Below the pieces are notes generated by a model that worked only from the letters and a program-made list of their open reading frames with translations, was not told the DNA's origin and ran no database searches. The position numbers were made by a program, and so were the translations under genes. A stretch of DNA of 55,064 nt, counting the filler, from Basidiobolus ranarum (taxonomy: Eukaryota), in NCBI GenBank assembly GCA_040143965.1. It is 5 parts of 5 records of this genome, joined end to end, with 100 filler letters (N's around TTAATTAATTAA, not from the genome) between each part and the next. Parts side by side here need not be neighbours in the genome. Positions count along the whole stretch, not along the records: positions 33,133 to 44,052 come from JASJQH010000654.1; positions 44,153 to 55,064 come from JASJQH010000655.1; 3 more parts are not named here. One strand, given 5' to 3'. Below are positions 37,921 to 52,907 of this stretch, in pieces (the stretch's first letter is position 1; every line of letters starts with the position of its first letter).

Positions 37921-39533
37921 ATGACCAATAAAAAAGTCATAGAGGAGAAAGAAACAGAATTTAATTTAACGAAAATTGTTTTTCCGGAGCATCTTTACGA
38001 TAGCATCCTTTCCCCTCGAAGAGCTGCGCTTAGGAACAAGTTTATCTCTTTTGTTCGGTCAGAAAGTGAACTCCTCGCTAAAATCCAGGTATTAACAGCA
38101 TGCATTTACATTCATACTTAATTTACTTTTCAGATTTAAGCTGACTTTTATTATAGGCTTTCTTAAGATGCTCTTTTCTTGATCAGTACTTTATTGCTTC
38201 AGCAGTTCTGGGTAATCACTTGACCTTTTTGTTGATTTTACCTCATCTGTTCATGTTTGGAATTCCTGTTCTGGCTCGAGAGTAAGTTGCTCAATACAGT
38301 AAAGTCTAGCCCATTTAAAAAAACTCACGTTGTCGCTACTTCACAGAATGGTTCATTTGCTTCTTTACGGAGTTGTAGTAACATCCATTGCCAAGGTAAC
38401 TTTCTGTTCAACTTCATCCTGTCTGCACACTCTTTTTAAAATTTTCTGCTATATAGGATTTTCTTTGTCTGCCACGACCAGCCTCACCACCTGTTCATCG
38501 TCTATCTATTAACAAAACTCACCATCTTGAGTATGGATTTCCATCTACACATACTACTTGTTGCGTTGGTGTCGGTCTTAGCCTTTTGTCCTACATTTGC
38601 GGTTCTGAAGTTCTTCCTTTTGAAATGAAATTGTTCTTCAGTGTCCTCTCAATGCTGTATATGTTCTCAGTATCGTTTGGTAGAATATACTGTGGTATGC
38701 ATAGTATAACTGACATACTTGGTGGCGTTTTCTTTGGGGTACTACTTTGGATAATTTTCCATATAGGACAGCCAATTGTTGAGGCGATTATTCTTTTCCC
38801 AAGTATATTCGTCTTGGTAGCTATCATCACCACACTAATTCTTGTCGTTCATTTCCAACCGGATCCTATTGACGCCTGTCCCTGTTTTGAAGACAGTGTT
38901 GCTTCATTAGGGGCGATTATCGGTGTTTATCTTGGATCATGGCAAGGAAAAAATGGATCATCTTTCTGGACTGAGCCTATCCAAGAAACTTTCCGGTACC
39001 ACTTTACTGAAGTTGGATTGTTACATAGCGCGACAAGAGTGTTGATTGGCTTTGTGATGATCATAGTCTGGAGAGTTGTTTCTAAGAAGCTGTGCTACTT
39101 CGTCTTGCCCAGTATTTATAAACTTTTCAACTTTCCTGTGAGAAAATTCCACAAATCAGCCAAGAAATACAAGACATTGAACCGTACTTCCATTTCTATG
39201 GTTCCATCGGTACTGAACCTCGATACATTTACAGAGACTGTGGGACCCAAATCTACCATTGACGTCAAAGAGTCGTTTGAGCTTAAGACAAATGCTAATG
39301 AGCTTTCAAACAACCATCTCCGGGGCCGTAAAGGACCGTCCTCCCAACAGAACTCACATTCTCCTCAAGAAATTCTCGAGTTTGAAAAAGAATTGATCGA
39401 GTTTAGAAAGGAACAGGAGTCAATCCTACCCCGTTACGACGTAGACATTCTCACCAAACTAATAGTATACAGCGGAATTGGTTGGTGGGCTACTTTAGGT
39501 AGTCCTGCTCTATGCTATTATTTTGGGGTTTAA
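37921..39533 (+). CDS. Sphingoid long-chain-base phosphate phosphatase (PAP2 family, LCB3/SGPP-like), 4 exons
   Basis: C1 K|DFLCLPRPASPP, C2 EYGFPSTH, C3 FGRIYCGMHSITD, plus PDPIDACPCFEDS and RYDVDILTKLIVYSGI. Confidence 0.93.
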
Positions 39534-39964
39534 AGTTCGATGCTTCGGACCTTGAATACATTTCTTTAACTGATAATTTATTGGGAGAGAAGTAGTTTAA
39601 TCCCCCACTTTTCTTATATTTCTAGACTTCTTCAACCAAATCATGTCGTTAATACAAGTTTAAATTTTACCTACTGTTCAGATCTAGAACTTCGTATCTC
39701 TCACTTAATCCTAATCCTTTCTAGTTGACTGCTTACTTTCAATCTTTTACTATACACATTGGGTTATGGTTTGAATCCACATTCCGTTGATTTTTTTCCG
39801 CAACGAAGTCGTCAGTCATCGTTTTATTAACATTAGCTAAAAGATTGAATTTGTTTTTCCTGTTTCACCATATTTGTACATGAGGAATGTAAGGAGTAAT
39901 ATAATGTGATGATTTATTGTGTTCTGTATGGTGTGTTCCATAACTACTGCTCATTTGGGTGTTT

Positions 39965-41995
39965 TTACCATGCGTTTACCATTAGCTTTTGAACAGTTAG
40001 CAATGCTTGATATCTAACTTCGGAATTTTCATGAGTCATTAGTTCCATGATACGTTGTTTGGTACCAATTTCTTGAATAACCCTATCAAGAAAGAATTGT
40101 GATGAATTAACCGTTTTTTTGAAAGGGCCGCAGGGAATGTCTGGATGTTACTTTTTGCCATTTGGGTAGTACTTGACATATTGACTAACGTCATGAGTAC
40201 CAACAGTAAGGACGACAGGGTCAGTCGAGGTACGAAGTAGACTGGATAGAACCCTGCGGGGGCGTAGAAACATGTTACGACCTCAGTCTCGCTGCGAAAA
40301 CCAAGTATCACTTACTTAAGAAGGGCATAATCATTCTCACTAAGGCGAGAGAAGTTCTGTTGCCAAAAATGCTCCGATTGATGAGTTGGAGTCCAGGAAA
40401 GTTTACCAGATTCCAATTCACTGACATATTCATCGAAGGTCCTGAAATCCAATTCCATTAGCTTGTTGAAGTCTAAAATTAATCATTAAAGGATTTACGT
40501 TAAACTTTGAAAATTCTTCTCAAGCTCGGTTTTAATATATTCGAGATCTTGTGGGATATCGGCATCCGACCATTTACGAGTTGTAAGACTTTCAACAAAA
40601 TGTAAGAGTTTATGGACTAGCATGGGTGCCATGTTTTGCTCAGGAGCTTTTTCAACGAAGTTCTGGTAAATAAAATGGGTCAAAACCATTCCTTTAACAG
40701 TCAGCATCACTAGAAACTCTACCCTAAAGGTACTGATCACAGCACGAATAACCTTCTCCTAAAGGTAGTTTTGGCGATATCCATGAAGATAGGGATAGCG
40801 TCATATTTACTAGTAGATATGCATAACTTTAGATAAACAAGAAAATAAACTATTTAACTTGAGCACCCCAACCTATTCATTTCCTCTGCGATGCTCTTTT
40901 CAAAAGATAACAGCCATTTGAGCTTGGGGATTTCCATTACTGCTTTTCAGCATATCAATCAAACTACATGTATAAAGAATCAGTAAAGTGTACTTGATAG
41001 CTAGCCATATAAAAGCCATATGTTGAGACTCCCTTAGTTTGATAGAAGGCGTGTCGACACTCGGGTATTGTAAGCAAGGATTCCAAGTTTTGAACTGCGA
41101 TATCAACGGTGCTAGTATTCTGACTTTGAAGTTGTGCAACAATCCAGCTAATAAATTCACTAAGATCCACTCCACTATGGCAGCTCTTATCAGTGCTAAG
41201 TGATGACATTCATATTAAGTTCACCTCATAGACATGAAGTATATGTTCATTGATGTTACCAAAGTAAAGAAGTCAAGATTTTGCTGGATTTCAATACAAG
41301 AAACTCATCATCTTCGGATAAACATCTAATCAGTTATACGATGGGTATTAATATTGGCTATATACGATACATTTGATGTGCAATGGAGCTCTTTTGTTGA
41401 AATTTTACCTGATAAAGAGGGCATAGGGGAAATCTGGGTTTTCCGCTTTGGTTTGATGGAATAGCGCCGCATGTTCACGACTCACTAGTTGAATTTCACG
41501 TGAAAAATTAGTTAATCATTCGGACTAGCTGGAGTCTGAAATATGGTTCTTCCTTTACTCTCCAGTATATCGTCAATCACTATCAAAAGGTGCTGAAGAG
41601 TATCCACATGTACAGATTTATCTAATAGGGTGATGAAAAGTATGGCGAAAAGATAGCCATCCTGAAAAAAAATGGGTTGGTACTACTGTATACATTGACT
41701 CAATCGCTACCATATTCTTCAGCGATACGTGTCCATACTTGAGAAAGGAGTTGAGAAGAACCCTGCTGCATTTTATATTCATATACTTTAAGCAAGTTTA
41801 ACTCATCCTTAGTAAGTAAAGATGCCTTTGGGTCCTGTTGAATATAGAAAATTGATGTGTTAATATTCGAGATAGGTGGTGACTATAGTTGACGACATGA
41901 TGCACCTCCCAAGAGATAGACCTTCCTTTGATGTTAGAAGTAAGCTCTTCAAGATAGGGGTTAGCAACAATACTCGTCGGAAATATGTCAGTCAT
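39965..41995 (-). pseudogene. VMA13: V-ATPase V1 subunit H gene with three disabling lesions
   Basis: Multi-exon gene with WLLSFE, (K)EKVIR, RKWSDADI, TFDEYVSELESGKLSWTPTHQSEHFW and EVRYQALLTVQKLM. Splice donor reads AT instead of GT at 41021; frameshifting deletion at ~40917; 1-nt deletion at ~40760. Confidence 0.8.
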
Positions 41996-43301
41996 TGGGA
42001 GAGAGGTCTACGAAGAGGTGCCAAAAATAAGAATTCAAAAGAGAGCAGTACAGAAGAGTAACTCCAGCTATCGTAGTATAATATGAATATTGATTGATTT
42101 TACGCTCGATAAGGATCTGTCACAATATATCCACAATATCTCAAGTAGTCCGATTTGTGGACAATCTTTAATGCAATTAAAGTGAACATCAACCTTTCTC
42201 GGGCACCATCTAAGATAGTCTTGAATGAAATACAAGTCCCATTCAATGCAGTCTAAAAGGGGATTGGATATGCAGGATCCAATCGCATCCCATTGGAGTA
42301 GATTTAAAGTTTGTATCTTGTAGATAAGAATATGCTAATTGGACCGTATGGTTACAAACTACAGGTAGTTTCTTATGCGTGTGTAGTCTGTGTGGCGATT
42401 TCTGTTCGGTTACAGCGTATGTATGGCCAGGTATATTGCAGCTCACAAAGGAAAGCCCTCCCTTTGATTTCTTCGGTATTGGATACCTACACTGTTTGAG
42501 ACGAGTTGATATTCCCACATCATCCAATAGCACTTCAAGTAGTAGCATCCTTCGCTAAAACTGGGCTTGAAGGTCGAGCTGAGATTTATTAGTGTGCTAC
42601 GGACGACTGAATGCTAATTCTTGATCCTGAGATACTCGTGCTCAATTATACACAGAGAAAACGGGAATTAATGTGCCACACTCTGCACCTATTAGGGGTA
42701 ATCGTGGCTGCTTATTTCAAGCGGGTCATTAATGAGACGGGCTTTTCCTATTACGACGAAGCTATTTAAGTGCCTCATAGGTGCAACTACCAGGCCTGTT
42801 ATTCGTAATACTAAATGCTGATATGTTCATGTACAAAATCTCTGACCAACGAAAGAGATAGATTCTGATAGTGGAGTGAGTTGTAGAAAATCTTATTCGG
42901 CTCGAGGACTTGGGATAAGTTGATATATTCACTGTTGGGTGCACCAACAAAGCAAAGCAAACGGTAAAATCTGGAGTCACGGAAATATATGTGAAGATGA
43001 CTGCTCATCTCAAAACATTACGTGAACAACTTATGTAAGCTAAGGTAGATGAGATGGTTGTAAGGGACCTCCTCTTTCTCTCAAGAAAAACATGGTCATT
43101 TTATTAGGGTGGTTTATGACATAAAATAAATACTAAAACATCAGACTCTGCAATCAATAATAGTCCGAAACAAATTGAGTAAAAAAAGTATTAATGACGA
43201 ATGTGTTATACAAAATTCCAATATAACTACGGTCTTCGCAAAGACAAACAAAATGGTTACGAACAATTATACAAACAATGGATGTAGGAGAAATGGTATA
43301 T

Positions 43302-44052
43302 CTACTTGAACAATCCGGCTACACTTAGCCGGTCCAATTTGGAAGTTGACAGCCGTTGGGAATTGGGATGCATGCAAGGTGTTGAAACCCTATTTTTTAA
43401 GGCTCTGCTTAATGCTTGTGAGGACGCGGTGTCGGCAGCCTTTTTCAAACTAGCGGATAACTTGGCCACTGCGGTAGATGAGCTCAAATCAGCTCCACTG
43501 ATATCATTCGAGTCGGCACCTTTCCCTAATAAATATCTGACAGCGAACAAATCTCCCTTGGATGCTACCAAATGTAAAGCGGAAACTCCATCTTTGGAAG
43601 ATCGAGAGTTAACATCTACTCCATTGTGAATTAAGAATTCTGGGATTGGGAAGGTGATACTTTCGTTGGGGATCTCTGATAAAGAAGATATGGACCCAGT
43701 CTCTGAGGAATCTAATGCCGAATACGAAGATGATAGTGACGGGGTCTTGTGTGATGGTAAGACTTGGATTGTGCGTCTACGTAGATGACCACTTTCCACA
43801 GCCCCAACAATCCCAGTATTAGGTGGCGCGTATTTTTGCTTAGTCAGAAAGTCAATTTCGCTTCTACCCAAATCCACACTAGACTCTACATTTACTTTGG
43901 GAAAGATATCCGAATGTAACAAGAGTGCAAACTGCAGTGGAGTTATTCCGCTATCTATTTTCTCATCTGGGTTGGCTTCGCATTCACCTAATGGTTCATT
44001 TAAATTGGCACCCATAACGAATGCTAGCATCACGCCGACTAAATCGTTACAA
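43302..44052 (-). CDS. Ankyrin-repeat protein, C-terminal part (possibly ArfGAP-ankyrin type); 5'-truncated
   Basis: GANLN, ITPLQFAL, PEFLIHNGVDVN, GVSALHLVASKGDLFAVRYLLGKGAD ankyrin-like repeats; frame open to the contig end. The ArfGAP suggestion is inference only. Confidence 0.75.
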
Positions 44053-44152
44053 NNNNNNNNNNNNNNNNNNNNNNNNNNNNNNNNNNNNNNNNNNNNTTAA
44101 TTAATTAANNNNNNNNNNNNNNNNNNNNNNNNNNNNNNNNNNNNNNNNNNNN
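44053..44152. other. Artificial contig spacer
   Basis: N44-TTAATTAATTAA-N44. Confidence 0.98.
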
Positions 44153-44598
44153 GATCAGGGAATCAGGAAAATATATACTAAATTGTGAAGATTAGCCGTT
44201 ATGTTGCGTTGCGTTCCGTATCCCGAAGTAGATTGATAATGCAATGGTGATTGCATAAGCAAGACTAGTGTATTTCCCATAAACGTGCATTTCGCATATA
44301 CCAATTCCCTATCCCACCAAGTAAATATCGAGTTTAATCATTGGATTGAATTAAATTATCCATTCCGGTAACTTTCTTACTCAATTTCCAATAACTACCC
44401 GTTTATCAACCAGAAAGCGTAAGAGGCCAGTACCAATTGCACGCTAAAGTAACCAATGTTTCCATCAAAACATTCTTCCAAGACCACGTATGAAACAGCT
44501 CTCGAATGGAAGATCAGTTGAGTCAGAATTCGATTATTAAGTCTGGCTGAATCTACTGCATATAGACGTCAGCTCATTCGTCATCTCTTCTGAAATAC

Positions 44599-44606
44599 TA
44601 TAAATA
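44599..44606 (+). promoter_or_regulatory. Candidate TATA box of GND1
   Basis: TATAAATA ~60 nt upstream of the ATG at 44666. Confidence 0.5.
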
Positions 44607-44665
44607 CAAGTCGTGGGCCCACTGGATAGACACGAAACATTCGTTTACTCATTAAATCTGTGAAT

Positions 44666-46250
44666 ATGTCAAAAGAAGCTGTGTTAGTCCTTTTAGATAC
44701 GTGATCTAATAATAACGAATGTCTTTGCTAACCTAACGATTACTTTTAGTGCCGATATTGCTGTTATTGGTCTTGCCGTGATGGGCCAAAATCTCATCCT
44801 CAACATGGACGACAATGGCTTTGTTGTGTGTGCCTTCAACCGAACCGTCTCCAAGGTTGACGATTTCTTGGCGAATGAAGCTAAGGGTACGCACCTTTGT
44901 ATGGAAATTTTATCATATGATCTTGTAACTTACCTATTTTCTTAACTAGGAACCAAGATCATTGGCGCCCATAGTATCGAAGAAATGTGCAAAAGCCTGA
45001 AGAGACCTAGAAGAGTCATGCTAATGGTCAAAGCTGGTTCTGCCGTTGATTCTTTTATTGATATGATCATTCCTCACTTGGAAAAGGGTGACATTATTAT
45101 CGATGGTGGTAACTCCCACTTCCCCGACACTATCCGTCGATGCAAGGATCTTGAATCCAAAGGATTTCTTTATGTCGGTTGTGGTGTTTCCGGTGGTGAG
45201 GAAGGCGCAAGATATGGTCCTAGTCTCATGCCTGGTGGTACCCACGCTGCCTGGGAGCATGTAAGACCCATTTTCCAAGCTATTGCTGCTAAGGTAGATG
45301 GGGAGCCTTGCTGTGAATGGGTTGGTGGTACCGGAGCTGGACACTATGTCAAGATGGTGCACAATGGAATCGAATATGGTGACATGCAATTGATCAGTGA
45401 GACTTACAATTTGATGAAAGATGGACTTGGTCTTAATCACGACGAAATTGGAGACGTCTTTGACGAATGGAACAAGGGTGAATTGGATTCCTACTTAATC
45501 GAGATTACTCGTGATATCGTTCGCTACAAGGACACCGATGGTAAACCTCTCGTACCAAAAATCCGTGATAGTGCTGGTCAAAAAGGAACGGGTAAATGGA
45601 CAGCTATTTCAGCCCTCGATATGGGAGTTCCTATTACTTTAATCGGGGAGGCCGTATTCTCGCGTTGTCTCTCGGCGTTGAAAGATGAGCGTGTTAGAGC
45701 AAGTAAAATCTTGGATGGTCCTACAGCCAAATTCACTGGTGATAAAAAGGAATTTACTAGACAACTCGGCAAGGCCTTGTACGCTTCCAAGATCATTTCA
45801 TATACTCAAGGCTTCATGTTGCTTAGAGACGCTGCCAAAGAAAATGACTGGGAACTCAACTATGGAGGTATCGCTCTTATGTGGCGTGGCGGTTGCATTA
45901 TTCGAAGCGCTTTCCTTGGTGATATTAGAAATGCCTATCAAAAAAATCCTAACCTTGAATCTCTATTATTTGATGATTTCTTCCGTAAAGCACTCTCAAC
46001 ATCTCACCAAGATTGGAGAGTAGTAGTCTCCCAGGCTGTCTTGCTTGGAATTACTGTCCCTGCCATATCTACTGCATTGGCTTTCTACGACGGTTATCGT
46101 ACTGAAACACTTCCCGCCAGTTTGGTGCAAGCACAGCGTGATTATTTCGGTGCTCATACCTACGAATTGCTAGACAAACCAGGAACCTATGTCCATACCA
46201 ATTGGACAGGTAAAGGAGGAAACGTAATTAGTTCCACTTACATTGTGTAA
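44666..46250 (+). CDS. GND1: 6-phosphogluconate dehydrogenase (decarboxylating), 3 exons
   Basis: MSKEAV|ADIAVIGLAVMGQNLILNM...FNRTVSKV...|IIIDGGNSHFPDT, GVSGGEEGARYGPSLMPGG, GHYVKMVHNGIEYGDMQ, QAQRDYFGAHTY. Confidence 0.99.
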
Positions 46251-46375
46251 ATTACTGCTGTTTCATTGTACACTGAATAAAAAATTGGATCATGCAGCTG
46301 AAATGTAAGATTTATTATTACGTGCATGGCTCTCACCAGGAGAGTTAGACACACTATTAAAGGGGAATTAGCAGT

Positions 46376-46717
46376 TTATAAAATAAGTATTATAGAAGGA
46401 GGCGTTCGAATTGAGGAATTAAAAGGGCCATTCTCTGGATAAATACTTCTATGAGAATACACAGAAGACCGAAAAATCCGCTTCCTATTAAGAAGGCGCG
46501 GAGTCCAGATTTTGGTCAAGATTGCGACATCCCTTCTTGACCTGTTTCCTTGGTGATTGTTACAAAGAATAGAGGATTGAGCGTCTTGGAGTTTACATTG
46601 ATGACTGCAATATATACCACCCTGTTTAGAATATGTCAATAGCAGTCACTTGGGTATTTCGATTTAGAAACATACCTGGGTGTGTTTGTCGCATATAATA
46701 CACCAGTTTGTATCCAT
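46376..46717 (-). CDS. Ecl1-family small zinc-binding protein, 2 exons, 95 aa
   Basis: MDTNWCIICDKHTQ|GGIYCSHQCKLQD (intron 46622-46675, GTATG...CAG) matches the Ecl1 pattern CxxCxK...YCSxxC+xxD. TATAAAA on the minus strand near 46800. Confidence 0.85.
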
Positions 46718-47281
46718 TGAATTGAGGAGGAAGGGTACTTTGGGAAGATATAAAAGGATCGCACAGTGAAGTGAACGCCAGACACGCGCATCTCTTTTAT
46801 ACCAGAGAGTTGATTGTATGAAACCACGCTCTACTGAGTAATTAAGGTACCTCCTTTGTAATTTCTCTATCGATGATGGCTACTCCCTAATGAGCTCCAA
46901 AGAAATCTACATGAGGAAGATCCCCTTACATAAGGTCATTTATGCACCAAAGTATCAATAAAACCATCAACCATGCATTAATTTATCTTATTTATAGCAC
47001 TTATTTAGCGTATTTTTAGAAGTGTGCGCAAGATGTGCTTAATTGGTGTATTTTTAGTATAGTTCGTGCGGACGCAACGCATACGTGGTTAAGCTTGCTC
47101 TTAATTCCAAAAAGATGATACCATTCAGATTCCAATATATAAATGATGTCATTACCAAAAATCGGATCACTTGTGTAATTATGAATAAGCCTTCTTTGCT
47201 ATGACGAAGCTTATTATTAATTTCAATTTTGACTCGACTAAAAAGAGTGAACTTGCTCAAGTAACGTTATACTAGCTAAAA

Positions 47282-47824
47282 ATGAGTTCAGATTTCGATT
47301 ATTTGACTTTCCTTCGGAAACGCTGCCAACACGACACAGAACTTATGAACGCTCCTAAGAAAGAGAGCGATACTGAAGACAAAAGTTTAGACTTTAAAGA
47401 TGATATCAAGCATTGTAATAATCCTGAGCTTGTAGACGAGATTCGTGCTAAACTCTTAAACTCTATAGAAGGCATGTTCTATATAAGTGAAGCCGACTAT
47501 CCTTTTACCTTCTTTTTCATCCCCTCCAGTAAAATATCTGAAAAGGGTCTCTCTACTTCCAAAGTACTCTCTGTAGAAGAATTTCGTCAAGTGATAAATC
47601 TTGATACTCCTCTTGCTGATTCTCAAATATCTTTGGAAGAATTTTTCCAACCTTTTGAAGACTCTTCAGAGTATCAGAGTCTCGAGAAAACTTTCAGGCA
47701 ATTCTTTGAACCAGACCATTTGAGCATTTACAGACTTGGCGAAATAGAGATTAGTGTTTGGATTACAGGACTGATAGAAGATGTCGGTCTCATTGGGGTT
47801 TCTACTCTAAGCATTGAATCTTAA
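47282..47824 (+). CDS. Nuclease A inhibitor (NuiA)-like protein, intronless
   Basis: EGMFYISEADYPF, SLEEFFQP, YQSLEKTF, IYRLGEIEISVWITG and terminal GVSTLSIES follow the NuiA family pattern (GLxYxSExDYPF...VYRxGxxEIxxYIxG...GLxTxxVET); acidic protein. Confidence 0.85.
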   Translation: MSSDFDYLTFLRKRCQHDTELMNAPKKESDTEDKSLDFKDDIKHCNNPELVDEIRAKLLNSIEGMFYISEADYPFTFFFIPSSKISEKGLSTSKVLSVEEFRQVINLDTPLADSQISLEEFFQPFEDSSEYQSLEKTFRQFFEPDHLSIYRLGEIEISVWITGLIEDVGLIGVSTLSIES

Positions 47825-47991
47825 CAATAAATGTAAACATCTCCAGGAACATGTTGGATACAAAATTTCCACCAAAATATAATTGTTATTAGTAAGTCAA
47901 TCTTTTCCTGCTTTATTTACACAATTGGTAACAATCCGGAGAAGCTGAGAACAATACTTTAATTATCAGACCAATCTTAAGAATCTATTGT

Positions 47992-48924
47992 TCAAACAGA
48001 TTTTCCAATCTTTTCTAAATATGCATTCCAACCAGCTTCGCGATAACGTTGAGCTTGGGCAACACGGTCTTTGCCAGGACCGTAAATGCCACGACCAACG
48101 ATAATAACATCAGATCCACACTCAAGGATTACATTGCGTGGGGTACGATATTGCTGTCCTAAACCATCACCAGTTGTATCCAAACCAACTCCAGGGGTAA
48201 AGTAAATGAAGTTTTCCGATTCTTCGGTCAAACGACGTCCAGCTACAAATCCAATAACAAATTCTTTGTGGCGGCGGGCCATTTCAACTGAGATCTTAGT
48301 ATATTCCCCAGTGGCTAAAGAACCAGCGGAAGACATTTCAGCCAACAAAAGCAAGCCTCGATTCAGTGGGAGTCCAACCTCCTTCAAACCACTAATGATA
48401 CCCTCTCCAGGAAGTGGATGGCAATTGGTTATATGAGACCAAGAGGCGATATGATAAACACCAGAAGAATATTGATGTTTAACGGTGTTGCCTGAACGAT
48501 TTAGCAGTTAGCGGCTGTATGAGGTAGGAATACTTGGGCTCAAAAAGTATTGTTGATATGCAAAAAATACCGACCAATATCTGCAAATTTGCGATCTTCA
48601 AAAATCATAAAGTCATGCTTTAATGCTAAAGCAGAGAGTTGTTCTACAAGATCTTCATCGAAATCTTCAACAATATCGATGTGGGTCTGAATAAAGTAGG
48701 AGTATTAGTTACTGCAACAACTCATTCAAACAAGACTGGTCACACACCTTGAAAAGACAAATATAAGGACCTAAAACATCTGCCAGTTCCAAAAGCTCTT
48801 TCTTGTTACAAACATCAGCAGCAATAGAAAGGTTAGTTTTTTTACGCTCCATAAGTTCTAGGAACTCCTTTGCCAAAGGATTAGGGTGGACGGCAGCACG
48901 TTCAGCATAAGATTCGGATGGCAT
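47992..48924 (-). CDS. URA3: Orotidine-5'-phosphate decarboxylase, 3 exons
   Basis: [81 protein letters not shown]. Confidence 0.99.
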
Positions 48925-49645
48925 GTTCAGTATGTCTCTTGGTATACCTCAAGTCGATTAATCCAGCACTCAAAAATTTTCAAACTTAAGTTAGAAAAAG
49001 GACTGGGATACAGAGGTGGATTAAGTTTACACAAAGCTAGCTACAAAGCTTAATTGAAATCAAGTTGAAGTAAAAACGAGTATTCAGCATAATAATAAAA
49101 AGATAACTAGGCATCTGATTAGTAAGTCCATATTAGGGCGATAATTTCCTGCAAACAAACTTGGAATCCGTATCGATCTCAGAGTAACTGTCACTCAGTT
49201 GTTATCTTACTCGTAACCTTGCAAATGAGGCTTCTGCGTAAAAAAAATTATCAGTGAGAGCCAATCGTGATGAGCGTGATATGAGCATATGCCCCAGTTC
49301 TTTTTAGTAAGTAATTCTTGTTGTTCTAATCTAAGATGAACCAATGGATTGCTTATTTTTTGCGGCAGAATGTTGCGATATGGGGTGTCCATCAACTTGA
49401 TCTTGGTAATTGTCCTTCGTCATAGTAAATGAAGGCGACTTGCAAGCTACACGTCCAATCACAAAAACATGAAAAAAAAATACTGGACCCCCTGGAATTT
49501 TTTCAGCTTTCAATGAATGTTCCCCCTTTTCATTACTGCTTCCTTTTAAGTGACATAGGGGTACCATATTTCCTTCTCCCTTCCTATCCTAAAGAGGATA
49601 ATTCAACTACTTTTCTCTGTTCAATAAGTTTATCCTATCATCATT

Positions 49646-51692
<2,047 letters not shown>

Positions 51693-52899
51693 AAAAACCA
51701 AGACTTGTAGAGCCTCCGGAGGGCAAGAGACATTCTCTTTGGAATATGTCTTATCCCAGGCGCATTATTGTATACTAGCTTCGTTCCTATATTCAATACC
51801 TTATACTTTTCCTTCTTGTTCATATTCGGACAAGTCCTTTTTGAAGACGACGACGATAAAATGATGTCACGCGGCCGCTATATCGAGAGAAATATTTAAT
51901 ATACTTAATGTGGGTGCAAACTCGAATACTCGATTTGTATGATACCATGTTATTATATGTGCATATAATCAATTCATAGTATTTTTGGATTTTTGCATAA
52001 TCTAGCTGTTACAATATAGAAGCCGCATTATCACATTATTTTGATTTCTCTTTGTGTCATTTTTTACTCCTTATATCCCATGTATTTTTATTTTCGTCAT
52101 CTTCTGTTCCTTTAATCTTTCCTTTTCCATGGCACTTCAACGAAGATAGAATCTAACAATTAGCCGTATTTTATTTTATTCTGTAATTTGCTTCTCCATC
52201 TACTAAACTCTAACATTACAAACACCTGCTTATATTTTTGTTACTTCTTGTCTGCTTATATCTCACTTTGGAGTATATATTCCTGATACTAGTCAAACAT
52301 TACACCAAACAGTTTCAATTTCATATTCTATCTTTATTTCTACTCCTGTTCTACATGTATAGCTTAAATCTACAAACTACTCAAACCTCTGCTTCAAAAA
52401 GACATCAATCCTTACGACGCACTTACCTGCACCACAGCATAGTGTTTCTTCTGTTGATAATGCTTTTAGTGGTGGTGCTGGAGTGATAAACAAGTCTGTA
52501 ACCAGTAATAACGTTAGACATTTGACCTGCCAAACAATCGGATAGTTACTTGGGACGATGATCAATAGTTCGTTGAATTTGTATAGTTTTGTAGTTAGAG
52601 TAAGCGTAAGTTTCTCTATATGTATTATAACCTCCGCAACAGTAACACTCACTTGGCATGTCTCTTCAATACCTTATAGTTCTTATCAACGGACAGTACA
52701 GGTTCATTACCACTTTAATATATTCGAAATTTTACTATCATTTGACATGCATTGATTGAAACAAAAGCGCAAAAGTGCATCAACAAAAACGCATCATACG
52801 GAATTGTTTATGAACATTTTCCACACGTCTCAGGCCAAAATCCCGCTTGCAATTGAGTTACAAAGTATGAAACTCTGGCAAATCCTGATGCTATAGCAG

Positions 52900-52907
52900 T
52901 ATATAAG
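52900..52907 (+). promoter_or_regulatory. Candidate TATA box of the MnxG-like gene
   Basis: TATATAAG ~50 nt upstream of CCAAAATG (ATG 52958). Confidence 0.55.

Noticed and set aside
45021-46023. Antisense and alternative-frame ORFs overlapping GND1 (likewise within DED1, FAS2, the MnxG-like gene and others)
   Set aside because: Shadow ORFs caused by codon bias of the real genes.
52238-52755. Short hydrophobic ORFs upstream of the MnxG-like gene as possible accessory subunits
   Set aside because: Derived from T-rich low-complexity sequence, mostly non-ATG starts, no MnxE/F-like features.
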